Assembly: GCF_018350175.1 (NCBI RefSeq)
Contig: NC_058368.1
Location: forward strand, 24,368,001 to 24,432,000
Length of the DNA stretch: 64,000 bases
From: Felis catus
Lineage: Eukaryota
Direction: 5' to 3'
Of the stretch, positions 36,104-49,322 are shown piece by piece (the first letter of the stretch is position 1; the number at the start of each line of letters is the position of its first letter). Position numbers and translations under genes: made by a program. The notes below the pieces were generated by a model. That model searched no databases, was not told the origin of the DNA, and saw only the letters and a program-made list of their open reading frames with translations.

Positions 36104-38373
36104 CTTATAATTTTTATGGGATCATACTCTTACATAATCTGCTTTCGTTCATCTATTAATATACCATAAGCATCACCTATTCCCAACAGCAATATATTTC
36201 TATAAGAAGGGTTAAATTCAGCAGGCCAATTAATCTCCTTCCTGCCAAAGCAATGGGTTTGATGAGAAAGAGGCAACAGAAGTAAACGGCATAAAAATGG
36301 TGGCCTGTTTAGGATTTAAGCAATGGCCTCTCACAGTTGAGTTGACTGTGGTGACAGATGGCCTCTAAGGTGTGGGATGGAAAACAGGTACATCTGATTC
36401 ACACAGTTTGATTTTTACATGGTAAGTTTAAAAGCTTTACTGTTAAATTTTAATATTCTCCTCTTCGTTCCCTTAAAAAGGGAGCAAGACTGAATCCAAC
36501 AGTCTGGGTGTGGAAGCAATATTTTATAAGGACTGATTTTGCCCTGTGAAAAGTAAGCGAGAGTGAGGTGACTCTTAGCCCATCTTAGAGGGTCCACACC
36601 AGTCAGCACAAAAATCTGTTTGCACATTATTTACTTTTTAAAAAGGGACTCCTTATCCTCCCCCCACCCCCGCCCCCGGAAAAAGGGAAAAAGAAAACCT
36701 GCTGGCATGGAACCATTTAATTTGGAGGCTAAACAAGCATTCTCCACCCTGGCTAGAGAGGAAATGGTACCCCTTAACGTGAGACTTGCAAAGATGGGGC
36801 AGGAAGCTGCTTCGGTGGTTTTGCTCACTCCCAGGCATGTCTTGGGACAAGGCCACCACGTTCACCCTTATGCAAAGGGAAGGAACAGACTTAGGTAATG
36901 TGACATGAGGTTACCAGAAGAATAGGAGCTGGCCCAGCTGACAGGGCACCAAGAGGCATTTCACCATTTGAGACCTGAGTGTTTGTCTCTCCAACCCTCC
37001 AGGCCCTCATCGTCCTCTGTGTACTTGGGATTTTGTGGGGCTCTTTTCTGAAACTCCAAAGATGCCCAACACCGTTCAAAATATTTAGGTCAGCCCAGTA
37101 AAGCCAACGCAAGAGTATCTCCCATCTTTGGAATTGAAGGAGGGCCCATTCTACTATTGTCGTCTGGGTTTAGTTAGAAAAGCACTTACTACAAATAAAA
37201 TAGTTAGAGGTTCGACCCCGTCAATGGTCAAAGAATCAAAATTACACCTGCTTGGCATAAAAAAAAATGGACACTATTAGTTTTGTGAATGAAAAGTTAG
37301 AATGCTTGATATTGACCATAACGTGGGCAGAAAAGGCATCCATTCTGTTGGTGCAGATATGATGGCACATACTGTGTGTTTCCCATGTGTCAGATACTCC
37401 ACCAGCTGTGAAGTATGCACCCGTGGAAGCGAAACACACAATTCTCAGGGTCACTTACCTCTAGTCGGGTTGGAAATATTAGTAAGTTGCAGGGAATTAT
37501 AGTTTAGTATGGTAGAGGTCTGAGTTGTGAGACTATTAGGAGAAAAAGAAACATAAGGAACGGAACCTAACTCAGTTTTAAGGGCTCAAGAATGGCCTGC
37601 CTCCTGTAGACGCTGAGGGACAGGAGCAATGGGAGCCAGTGAGGCTGCAAGATGAGGACATTTGGAGAAAAGGTTGGGGGAGCCTTCTAGTTTAGAGGGA
37701 AGAGCCCGCGTAAACACTGGAGTAGACAATGATAGCCCAGACTAGGACCAAAAGCAGGTTCCACAGCTGCAGCACAGCTGGCGGGCTGACCAAAGGGGGC
37801 TCCGAGAACCTCCCCGAAGAATTTTAGGTAAGTGGACATTTGGAAACAGCCCATATTTCTAAAAAGGAAAACTACACTATGATAATGCAAGCTAAAATAC
37901 ATTACAGTTATTAAAGTGGATATTTATGAAGAATTTTTGTGACGTGAGGAAAATCTAGGTTTTGATACATTTTAAACACTACTAAATAGTATACATAAGT
38001 AGCTCATCATTCAATAAAAGACCTTAAACGCAGAAAGGATGCTAGCTGTTAGTAGAGAGGCCAAAATGCTAGCAGTGGTTGTCTTTGGCTCGTGGAAAAA
38101 AGGTTGATATTATTTTTTCCTCTGCATTTCTCTATTTTCTCTAGTTGGGCATTATTTCCCATTATTTCTTCAATTAAAAAAATATTTAAAAAAGAAAACA
38201 GGTTGACAACCAAAAGATTTTTAAAGGAATGCATCATTTTTCCTGAAGGATTAGCAAAATATAAAAATGCTTAGACACATGACTCATATTCACTGTGAAT
38301 AATATAACTAATTTTACATTCAAACTGGAGGCTATGAGGAGTCACAGTTTCTCTCTTATAAAAAAATTGGGGG

Positions 38374-38590
38374 GGGGCGCCTGGGTGGCTTGGTCGGTTA
38401 AGCGTCCGACTTCGGCTCAGGTCATGATCTCACGATCTGTGAGTTCGAGCCCTGCGTCGGGCTCTGTGCTGACCGCTCAGAGCCTGGAGCCTGTTTCAGA
38501 TTCTGTGTCTCCCTCTCTCTCTGCCCCTCCCCTGTTCATGCTCTGTCTCTCTCTGTCTCAAAAATAAATAAACGTTAAAAAAAATTTTAA
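38374..38590 (+). mobile_element. Can-SINE
   Basis: Full body; TSD aaaaaattggg. Confidence 0.93.
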
Positions 38591-39678
38591 AAAAATTGGG
38601 AAAAACTATTAAATGTGAATTTCGCACATGGCTCACACAACTTTATAGCCATTTGGGCCTCATTTGTAGAAAATACTGGAAAGTTTCATAGCAGATTATA
38701 CGACAGAATTTGTTCCCCAAACTAAGGCAAGCTAGGCACAGATTTGAAGAGACAAATTGATCATTTTCCTCTAATTTCTGAGGCAAAAAAAAGGGGGTAA
38801 AACTTTTCCATGAAAAATATGTTCAATAGTATAGAAAGGGAGCTGACAGTTGGAGTAGATTCATTAGCTAATCTCTCCTGCTGCCAAAAGAAAAGCATCA
38901 ATAATGCCATTGTGAGCTTTTTTTGGGGGGGGAGGGAGAAAAACACTCATTATGTGGTATTTTATGAGCACTGGGCCTTGCAATTAGGGGTTCTGAATGT
39001 TGAAACCTGTTCTATAAACACTAATGACATCAATGGCTTACATTCGTGCATGTATCACATGCGGGGGCCTTATTTTATCCTCAGAAGAACATGTCCAAGA
39101 ACAAATCAAGTTAAAGAGAGGTTAAATCCCTGCCCAACGTCACATGGCTTATAGGCAGAGCTAGGGTTTGAGCCCAAACGCTGCCTGCAGAGCCCCAAAA
39201 CTCTCCCCACCTCTCCTAATGAACAGTGGAGCGTGTGGATAGACATTTTTCTTTTTTTCCTACTTGCCTGAACCTGATATAGGACTCCAAAGACAAGCTT
39301 ATCTCTGGTTCCCCCACCCTCATCTGAATGACCAAAGAAGTGACTCTCTGTAACCCTCTTCTGGAGGGAAACGTGCTCTGTGATCCACAGGAAGAGGTTT
39401 CTGTATCCAGCTTTACCTCCCTGCAGTGGAGCAGCGCATTTTGAGGGTGTTGGTGGAGTTTCACTCAGTCAGTCGTTTCTCATTATTGCCCCAGGACCTC
39501 CAGTGTACCCCACCTGAGCAAAGTGAGGCACCAAGGAATTGCTGAATTAATGCCCGGCTGACCAAACTCTGGCTGGAGAGGTTACTGATCTCATTTTATA
39601 CAGAATCCATGTCTTTTCAGAGTCATCCTAAAAGCCTCAGTGATTGAGAAAGAGATCCCATTAAGATGTGAAGCTATT

Positions 39679-39908
39679 GGGGCGCCTGGGTGGCTCAGTC
39701 AGTTGAGCGTCCAACTTCGGCTCAGGTCATGATCTCACAGTTTGGGGGTTCGAGCCCCGCTTCGGGCTCTGCGCTGACAGCTCAGAGCCCGGAGCCTGCT
39801 TCAGAATCTGCATCTCCCTCTCTCTCTGCCCCTACCCCACTCCCGCTCTCCCTCTGTCTCAAAAATAAATAAACATTAAAAAAAAAATTAAAAAAAATTA
39901 AAAAAAAA
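39679..39908 (+). mobile_element. Can-SINE
   Basis: Full body; TSD gaagcta. Confidence 0.93.
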
Positions 39909-40050
39909 GAAGAGAAGCTACCAACCGGAAGAGCTTTCTGGAAAGACTTCTCACTGTTTAAATCACAACTCATCTTTAACGAGCAACACCGTCCCTCGAA
40001 AGTGTGTGTCTTAAGTAAAAGTTAGTCTCCCTTTATCTGGTGTTACTTAC

Positions 40051-40188
40051 AACTGCTGGTGACGGGACATGGATGCTTGCGACGGAGCGCGGGCGGATGT
40101 GATTGACCAGGTGACAGAGGACCACGCCATCCATGAGTGCGGCCCCCAGGTCTTCATGCAGGCTGACCTTGAGTCTCATCTCGATGCT
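40051..40188 (-). CDS. LRCH1: LRCH1 calponin-homology domain exon (SIEMRLKVSLHEDLGAALMDGVVLCHLVNHIRPRSVASIHVPSPAV)
   Basis: CAG acceptor, GTAAGT donor, 138 nt; CH signature L.DGVVLCHLVN. Confidence 0.97.
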
Positions 40189-40574
40189 CTGTGGGGGAAT
40201 CAGAAGGAAGCCAGCTGTTACCAGGCAACTGACAGTAAGAAACAGGTACGGGTATTTATGAATTGAGACACTAACTTCATTATGGGGAAGAAGAATAGGA
40301 AGATTTGGAAAACACTGACATTATTTGAACCTTTTCCGAAAGATACTACAGTAAAAATTCCGCTGTAGAAAACCAAATTCAGCCGCGCCTACAAGTTTTA
40401 ATAAGTTGAGTGAAAGGAATAATGGAATTACTTCTTGAGTTCAGTGTTGCCAGAGCCTTGGCTATGAAAATAGAAAACCAAAATGAGGCGACCAACAGAA
40501 ACCAGGCCCAGCTGGTTCTGACGGCCTTCGAGGGGCAGACGAGGGATTGAGGGATGCTTTTCTCTCACATTATG

Positions 40575-40804
40575 TTTTTTTTTTTTAATTTTTTTAACGT
40601 TTATTTATTTTTGAGACAGAGAGAGAGACAGAGCATGAACGGGGGAGGGTCAGAGAGAGAGAGAGGGAGACACAGAATCTGAAACAGGCTCCAGGCTCCA
40701 AGCTGTCAGCCCAGAGCCCGACGTGGGGCTCGAACCCACGAACCGCGAGATCGTGACCTGAGCCGAAGTCAGACGCTTCACCGACTGAGCCACCCAGGCA
40801 CCCC
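40575..40804 (-). mobile_element. Can-SINE
   Basis: Full body; TSD tctcaca(t/c)tatgtttt. Confidence 0.93.
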
Positions 40805-41247
40805 TCTCACACTATGTTTTAACTGAGAAATCCATTTTTATCCCTTTAACAAAACTGAACTTTTTATCTTCAGAAATTATAAATCCATACTCCATTACAA
40901 GAAATATTAGAGAGACTCCGTGTGCCTTTTACCTAGTTTCCCCCAAAGGTAACAACTTGCAAAAGTACAGCAGAGTATCACAGCCAGGATCCTGACACTT
41001 ACATGGCTAGGACGCACGACACTCACGGTTGCCCTCTGACAGCCAAACCCCCTCACTCCCACCCCGAGGACCTCTTCAGCCCTGCTCTCTCTCTCTTCCT
41101 TCAAAGCTCCCATGCCGGGAATACTGATTGTTTGCTGGAGTCCTACAGGTCCCTTTCTACGGTGCTTCAAAGTCGATTTTTCGAAAATACAGAATGCTGC
41201 CTCAACCCTGAAGGCGCTTATTCGGTTATATACTATCTCTCGGGTAC

Positions 41248-41357
41248 CTCGCGGAGATGTTCCACCAATTCCTTCTCTTCTCTCATCTGTTCCATTTTCC
41301 TCCGAATTGTAAACTGTGGGTCTATAGATTCCAAATTTCTCTGAGGTCTCAGAAACA
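41248..41357 (-). CDS. LRCH1: LRCH1 exon (VFLRPQRNLESIDPQFTIRRKMEQMREEKELVEHLRE)
   Basis: ctctctgttacag acceptor, GT donor, 110 nt, phase 1-0; conserved pre-CH-domain DPQFTIRRKME motif. Confidence 0.95.
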
Positions 41358-41539
41358 CTGTAACAGAGAGGAAAAAAACAAAAACCTTTATTAAGAGTGC
41401 CTACCACAGGCTGCCATACAGGACTACGCATAGTTAAGCTAAACAAATAGTTTACCCCTAAATAGCACATTAACCACTCATGGAAGCAAATTCAGACTTC
41501 ACCCAGAAAGCTTGGTTTGACTATTCTAAGGGATTATAT

Positions 41540-41763
41540 TTTCTTTTCTTTTCTTTCCTTTTTTAAATGTTCATTTATTTTTGAGAGTTAGAGTGTGAGC
41601 TGGGGACGAGCAGAGAGAGAGAGGGAGACACAGAATCCGAAGCAGGCTCCAGGCTCTGAGGTGTCAGCACACAGCCAGACGCGGGGCTCAAACTCACAAA
41701 CTGTGAGATCATAACCTGAATCGAAGTCGGGCGCTTACCTGACTGAGCCACCCAGGCGCCCCC
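41540..41763 (-). mobile_element. Can-SINE
   Basis: Full body; TSD ggattatat. Confidence 0.92.
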
Positions 41764-42180
41764 AAGGATTATATCTTCAATTGTAGTGAGTCATGCAGAG
41801 TAACAGAAGCTGTATTTTTGGTGACAACAAAGTGAATCCAGGGAAGGATTCAGGGACCCAGGGAAGGGTCTGGGTCATCCTTGGAACCATGCCAGGCCAT
41901 ATCCCTGACAGATGTCCCCTCCCTCTGTTCCTACTGCTTTCATTCTAAGTGTTAATTTATACCTGGGGTTTCACAATCCTTTCATAAATTCAAATAATTT
42001 TATTCAAATAAGAGGACTCAAGACTTGCTTTACACATTGAAAATCATGGCAGGTTAATGTTTCTGTTAGCCAAAATTTTTTATAAGCCTGACTTAAGAAC
42101 TAAGTGGCAATACATAGGATTACATATTTTAAGCGTGGAGGGGGAAAACTCTGACAGTATATCCCAAAGGTCAGTTCTTC

Positions 42181-42407
42181 TTTTTTTTTTTTTAATTTTT
42201 TTTAATGTTTTATTTATTTTTGAGACAGAGAGAGACAGAGCATGAGCAAGGGAGGGGCAGAGAGGGAGGGAGACACAGAATCCGAAACAGGCTCTGGGCT
42301 CTGAGCTGTCAGCACAGAGCCCGACGTGGGGCTCGAACTCACGGACTGTGAGATCATGACCTGAGCCGAAGTCGGACGCTCAACCGACTGAGCCACCCAG
42401 GCGCCCC
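42181..42407 (-). mobile_element. Can-SINE
   Basis: Full body; TSD caaa(g/a)gtcagttctt. Confidence 0.93.
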
Positions 42408-42520
42408 CCAAAAGTCAGTTCTTTAGAGATGACCATAGACTCCTTTTAGAAAAGTTGGCAACATTAGAAGCCGTTTAAGAGATCATTTTTGGCTTCACGT
42501 CTTTAAAATTATAACCACTA

Positions 42521-42686
42521 GGGGGCGCCCAGGTGACTCAGTGGGTTGACTCTTGATTTCGGCTCAGGTCACGATCTCACAGTTCATGGGATTGAGGCCC
42601 GCGTCGGGCTCTGTGCTGACAGCTCAGAGCCTGGAGTCCGCTTCAGATTCTGTGTCTCCCTCTCTCTCTGCCCCTCCCCTGCTCAT

Positions 42687-42721
<35 letters not shown>

Positions 42722-42802
42722 GTCAAAAAGTAAATAAACAAACATTTAAAAAATTTTAAAAAATAAAAATAAACATTAAAAAAATAAAAAAATAAAATAA
42801 AA
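42521..42802 (+). mobile_element. Can-SINE with long A-rich tail
   Basis: GGGGCGCC head, (CT)n, extended tail. Confidence 0.9.
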
Positions 42803-44461
42803 GTTAAATGTGGACTCCACTCCCTAAAGTCAGTGATCACATGCTCGCCCAACTATGTTATTTTACTCTCAATAGGTACCTTTGTACCAAATCACCTTAA
42901 TGAACGGCTTGCATTATGCTTCTCACATCTCAGTATTTTCTTTCTAAATCAGTTATAGGATATTTTAATTAGCATTCTGATGCTCTACAGAAGATTAGAA
43001 AGTTGACACATCTTAATAAGCCTTTGATTGACAGTAGATGGGAGAAAGAAGGTGGTCTAATAGACACAGCACTTTCCAGAACCTCACAGAGATTCGGCCT
43101 GGGACATCCAGGGAAATTGGCCTGGGACACCCAGGGAAATCACGGGCAAAAAGAGCGAAAGACGTGTCCCCAAAGGGCTGTCACCAAGACCCACAAAAAC
43201 CAAACCCACAAGAAGGGAGACCAATTGTTTCAAAAATAAAGGCAAGTCCAGCCAAGGAAGCAGGGTAGAGGAAGCCAGCAGGGAGAGATGAGAAGTTCGC
43301 AGAGCACAGAGAAATGAGAAGGAAGCATGGAAGAAATTGGAAATGCATTAAACTTGCCTTTGCATCCTATCAAGACCAACAAAAAACATCTACCCATTTA
43401 ATATGACAACCAGAAGAGATATATATTATGTGTAAAATTTAAGAAATAATCCACACCCCCAAAGAAAAGAAGTCAACCAAATTTACCAAAAAAGTCCAGG
43501 AATGTGAACACAATTAAGCAATATATACACTAGCCAGCAAGGGGCGCCCCAACCTCATTTAAACAAATCTAATGTTTTCTTTGGAGGTTTTATTTTCCTT
43601 TGCTTTTTTTCTAGGGGCAATCTTATCTAATACAGCGTGCTTAATATTTTCAATATGTTTTCATTGGCAGATTTCTTTTTGAATATGAAACTATCAGGAA
43701 GTTAAATTAACCATGAGCTTTTGTTTAACAGCACACGATTCAAGTATCTACGCCTTGTTAGAACCCTCTGTGAGATAAGATAATGCAATGGTGTCTGGGT
43801 TTTAATGTTCTGGCCTCATTTTTCATCTTAAATTCCCATACATCTTAAAAATATAAAACGCATGCTTGGGCATTTGCTCTATGAATGTTAAGCAATCACA
43901 AAGTGTTAAAACACATTTGAACCGTGTTTTTTTTTTTTTTTTTTTTAAGTGAATACTTCAAATGTACTTAAAATTACTGGAAACCATGGCTATACTACTA
44001 CTTGTTTCCTAAATGGATTAATTACACATGAAAAATTAAACTCTTTAGGCTAATAATAAATCCAAAGAGCACATAAATGCTTGCTTATTTTGCTGGGTCT
44101 GTTGTGACACAGTAATTTTAATGGGACCGTTATGATAGCTCTGACAATATTACCTACAGTTTTTTTCTTTCCTTTCAAGTCATAATTAAATAATACATGC
44201 AGTTACCAGATTGGACCAAAGCTTTGGGAAACTGATCTATGGAAGAATTACTCTGTTTTTTCCTTAATTTAGCATCACTAAATTTTAAGAACTTTTTTAC
44301 TTAATTCAGGGGAGGGAGAAGTTTAACTTGAGGCTCTAAGACAATCTTAAGAATAGTTGCACTGTTAGCACCTGTTTTTCAAATCAAATGCCATCCTACT
44401 TAAGTGTAAGTAAGAAGAAGAAGAAAAAAAAAGAGGGACAAGAGAGAAGAGTGAGTGTATG

Positions 44462-44465
<4 letters not shown>

Positions 44466-44501
<36 letters not shown>

Positions 44502-44525
44502 AGTGTGTGTGTGCATGAGTGTGCG
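44466..44525. repeat. (TG)n microsatellite
   Basis: Directly visible. Confidence 0.93.
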
Positions 44526-45854
44526 TAGGAAGAGACAGGTGGTTTAAGATGCAGGAGAAAATCAGTCGTGCTTAACTATTTAATTACTATGTATCTAATG
44601 AATAACATTCAAAGAATGCAAAAGATTATTTGCTCATATTTGTAATTTAGCCAGAGAAACAAATCTCTAAGGAAAGATCCTGCAAGGAGTGATGAATATG
44701 TTTGCAGAACGTCAAATTCATCTTTGCAGGTACAGGTCAGATTCCCCTGATTTTTCCATTATCTCTACCACTTCCTTCCCTTTCCTCCTCAGCCTCATCC
44801 CTGACCTGGGACTGAGCTATCCACGTACAGAATTCTTTATCTGTGTCTCTCATGGCACTCATCACTTTCTCTTTTACGGTACAGATCTGTTCCTCTCCAT
44901 TATGACTCTGTGAGAGGTTATGTCTGTTTCTAATTTGTATCTCATTCTGCCCCACAAAGCAGTTTGATGGATGAAAAAAATGAAACAAGTGTTTCAAAAA
45001 TTCCCTCCTTCAAAGATCAGTCTATTTGGAGAGCATCTTTGCAGAGATTATCATACCCTGATAATCAGTCATCTGAATTTTTCCTGTCGTGAAAAATCTA
45101 CCAAAACTTGGTTTCCAGGTCTGAACACATTAGACTCTGAAGTAAAAATTCTATAAAAGATATATTGTCTGTCTTTTTCAGAGTTTATCCATAATAATGA
45201 GCATCATGCCTAGCACAAAGTAGACATTCAACAGACATTTACAAATATGCGAGGGAAAAAAAAAACATTTCTCTATTTGTTGTTAAGAATATCTGTTATT
45301 TTAAACCAAGAAAACCCATTGCTCGAAAAATTGCCTGAAATGCCTATGTAATTATTACATGAAATGCACCCTTGTTATAGAAATTATCAGTCTATATATA
45401 TTATTAACCTTTATTACCTAAATTTAACAATGACAGGAGATTTCTTCTCTGTGGATGCATGAGGTTTTGAAATGTAGCTCTTGGTTTCTCCTTGTAAGTT
45501 AAAAGCTAGACTGTGTGTGATATTAAATACACAAGTTCAAGGGCAGCAAAATATAGTGGCTTTGAAAAAAATACCATGGGGTTTAAGATCCAGGCTAATG
45601 CGAATTAAAAATCTGATTAATGCATTTATGTATTCCCTTCTGGTGCCCCCAAATGAATTAGATATATTCTCTGCCCTCAAAATGCTCATATTTTGGGCAA
45701 TTTATTTTAAGCTAGTGACTTTTACCTGCTAACATAATATCAAAATCAGTAAAAAAAGTAATCAATGTGCAGACTCCATGTGGCACCAAATAAATCAGCA
45801 CCTCTGAGTGTGGGGGATAGGCACCTGTAGTCTTAAAAATATTCAGATGACTCA

Positions 45855-46065
45855 GGGCACTGGGTGCTCAGTCGGTTGAGATTCTGGCTTCCACTCAGGT
45901 CACGTCTCATGGTTCATGAGTTCGAGCCTCACATCGGGCTTGCAGGTGTCAGCACAGGGCCCGCTTTGGATCCTCTGCCCCCGCCCCCGCCCCCCACTTC
46001 TCTCTCTCTCTGCCCCTTCCCTGCTGATGCTCTCTCTCAAAAATAAATAAAACATGACAAAAAAA
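45855..46065 (+). mobile_element. Can-SINE (older)
   Basis: Diverged body; TSD-like tcagatga(c/t)tc. Confidence 0.85.
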
Positions 46066-46261
46066 TTACTCAGATGATTCTAATGAAGCCAGGGCTAAGA
46101 ATTGCTAAAACATCTCTCATGGCCTATTTCCTCATTTTTGTCTGCGGAAAAGAATACCTAGAGGTGCAAGATTATTGCAAAAACTCAGAAAATGTCTGTA
46201 AATTGACCCCAGATGAATAGGTCCATTCGTTCACGCTCCGGTGATAATTCAAAGGCCAATT

Positions 46262-46475
46262 AAAAAAAATTTTTTTAACGTTTATTTATTTTTGAGACAG
46301 AGAGACACAGCATGAATGGGGGAGGGGCAGAGACAGAGGGAGACACAGAATCCGAAACAGGCTCCAGGCTCTGAGCTGTCAGCACAGAGCCCGACGCAGG
46401 GCTCGAACTCACGGACCACGAGATCATGACCTGAGCCGAAGTCAGACGCTGAACCGACTAAGCCACCCAGGCGCC
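46262..46475 (-). mobile_element. Can-SINE
   Basis: Full body; TSD tcaaaggcca. Confidence 0.92.
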
Positions 46476-49217
46476 TCAAAGGCCAGTTTTAAATAAGTAT
46501 AAATTAGCACCCACGAACTAATTGCAAATAAAAAAGGGACAATGTTTCCAAAGAATACAGGAACAGTTTTCACTTCAAAGTGAAGGCAGTTAGGCAGGAA
46601 AGAGGCAGAGTAATAATAGGGCGCAAGAGCCAAAGAAAGAGTAGAAGTTTCTACGTTAAGAACCAGTTGAAGTGAAGCTGCCCCTTCCAACACCAGGAGC
46701 GGGCAGACCTATACACCTACTCCCCATCCGTCTCAAGAGGCCGGACCCTGGGGGCCGTGGCAATTCAAACCTCCAAGGACCTGCTAACCCGTTTGCCATG
46801 TTTCATTCCTTGGAAGAAAGAGCTTTAGAAAAAATGGGGAATTGAAAATGAGACATGTCTGGAGTGACATATTGAAAAGAATTTAAATAAAGGGGGATTT
46901 CAATATAAAGCCAGACAGTGAACAAGGTCTAAAAATGCCAACTTACCAAAAATAATGACGAAAAAATATAAATGACAGACAAGTTACATTACTCTGGGTT
47001 GGGCTGGTAAGAAGATACCATTTATTTACAAAAGTCGAGACGGACACAGATAATGGATAAGAGGAATAGGAGGAAACAAAACTGATGTGGTAATCAGCTT
47101 TGAGATGCAAAGAGTGGCCACTAAAGGGGATCTCCTACTTAAGAGGAACGAGTAAGAACCACCGAAAAACGCAGGCTGTATTTCTCTTGCAAGATTAGCT
47201 TGTGTGCTTGTGAATACGTATAGTGCATCTTCATCAACTTAAAAAGTGCTTTGGAAAATCCATCCAGATCACAAGGCCAAGCGTAGCACAAAGAGAATGA
47301 AGAAGCATGTGAAAAGTCTGGTCTAGGAACCTGCACAAATATTTCTGCATAGAAAATTAGCTGTCGGCCATGGCATATTATAGACAAACTGCAAATAGGG
47401 ACAAATGACAACCACCAATTATCTGATGTGACAGATGGAACCACATGAATATTGAAAGCAATTCCTTTATTATGGTTGTGGTATGGCTTCATCGTTACAC
47501 ATGAATCCCTGGAATCTGCACTCTTACAAAAACAAAAAAAAACAAAAAACAAAAAAAAAACAAAAAAAACCAAGCATGTAGTGCAAGGTTATTTTATCTT
47601 CAGAGAGATTTCTATAATTATTCATTTCTATGAGAATTTTAGGATTTTTAATAAGAAGGCGGCCGTCTGGCACAAAGAGTCCTCAATAAATTGCTACAGA
47701 ATGAGTAGAGAAATGGGGCATCATCAAGGCCCTGCTGTGGCCTCACCTCCACCGCTAAGTACCAACGTGCCCTCACCTTCTGGTTTTAGTTGGCTCGTCT
47801 ACGCAGATTCTACTGCTACATAACATGACTACATCTTTTCCAGCTTAAAAAAAAGAAAAAAAAAAAAAGTCTTTGGTTTCAGATATCACTCCGAAGGAAA
47901 TACCAAATCACACATAAATCTTTCATTTTAGGCTTTGCTTCCTTTTAAACAACAGCAGATCCATAAATAGCTGTGCTTTCTGAAAAACAAAAATGCCTGT
48001 CCCTCTCTTTTTTATTTTTAAGTATAGAAACAGTTCATCAAAAAAGTTTCCATTGTGCCCTCTTCAACTTCCAGAATTTAAAATGGGATGGTATACGGAG
48101 GGACGTTGTTGTTTAAGCCTACTTATTTTCAGTTAAAAAATTTAGAAATCTATGAAACAATAGAACTCCTTTCACAATTAACCTGCCAAAATATACATTT
48201 ACCCTTCTACACAAGGGAATTGGAAAAGGCTTTTTTATTGAATTTTAACCAGAAATCACAGCAAATGTTTTAAATACATATTTTCTATATAACATGCTCC
48301 AATTAAAAAATAACTACTATCAGAAAATTTATTTTCCTATTGTGTTTGCATTTTGGTTATACCTCACATCTCACGTCTCTTCCTTATAAATCATACTATT
48401 TCATTTAACATTACTTTTATCACTTTGTATCATACAGTAAAATGTTTAAATTCTTAACTAACATTAGATCAAATGGAGATTCTGATATATGTGACATGTA
48501 GATCAAAATAACTACATTTTGTTTTCATCTTTTAGGCTATTTAAGATATGTAATGGCATTATATTAAAAGACATTCATAATACTCCCAACTAGCTGTCTT
48601 TAATTTTTTACTGGCACATTTGATTTTTAGGCCAACTGATGATTATATAGGTGTGAGCTTACCCTCACAAAGGTAGAAGGTGTCCAAAGTCAAAATGTGC
48701 AAATACCAAAAAAAAAAAAAAAAATTTAAAAAGGGAGAAGGCAGGTGCTTTCTCTTCATTTTTAGAAATTTCTCAACGTTAAGATTCTTTTCAGTGCACC
48801 ACTCCGGGATCAGCCATGGTATTAATTACCTTAAAAATCTCACATGGTGAGTATAGATAATAAAAGATCAAACTCTAAACACACTTTGTTGAGATGCAGG
48901 AGGAAGCAGAGACACTCCCAAATTTTGGTAAACAAGCGAACACACCAAAAAACCCAAGCAGAAAAGGTAGAGAAAGAAATTATTGTAAAGTCCTCCCGAA
49001 ATTCAGAATATTCAAGGTCATTAAACGTAGTTGAACAAACTGCTAGACAGCAATCCACATGCACCGCTCTGGACTTCACTTTCCAGGTTTACTCATTATT
49101 TCTTATATCAGGCATGCAGGTGAATATACTCTATCTTCAGCTGTACAGAAACGAACGTTTAGTATATTCATTGGCTTATTAATGAGCACGTTGAAGAACA
49201 GGTACAAGGCCACCTAC

Positions 49218-49322
49218 CATTGTCACTGTCTCCTTCAGATGGAACACTGTAGCTAGAGCTGTCCCATGTTTGTGCCTGTGTAAGTTTGTTGAAGGAGATA
49301 GGAGGAAGAGTGAGGGCTGGGT
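49218..49322 (-). CDS. LRCH1: LRCH1 105-nt in-frame cassette exon (DPALTLPPISFNKLTQAQTWDSSSYSVPSEGDSDN)
   Basis: AAG acceptor, GTAGGT donor, phase 1-1, 35 codons; matches the insert I recall in the longer LRCH1 isoform. Confidence 0.88.

Noticed and set aside
35810..36169. Tyr/Ile/His/Cys-rich ORFs
   Set aside because: Artefacts of the TA/TG/CA low-complexity palindromic repeat
40907..41470. 187-aa ORF on -
   Set aside because: Wrong-frame read through the real exon 41248-41357 and into an L1 relic
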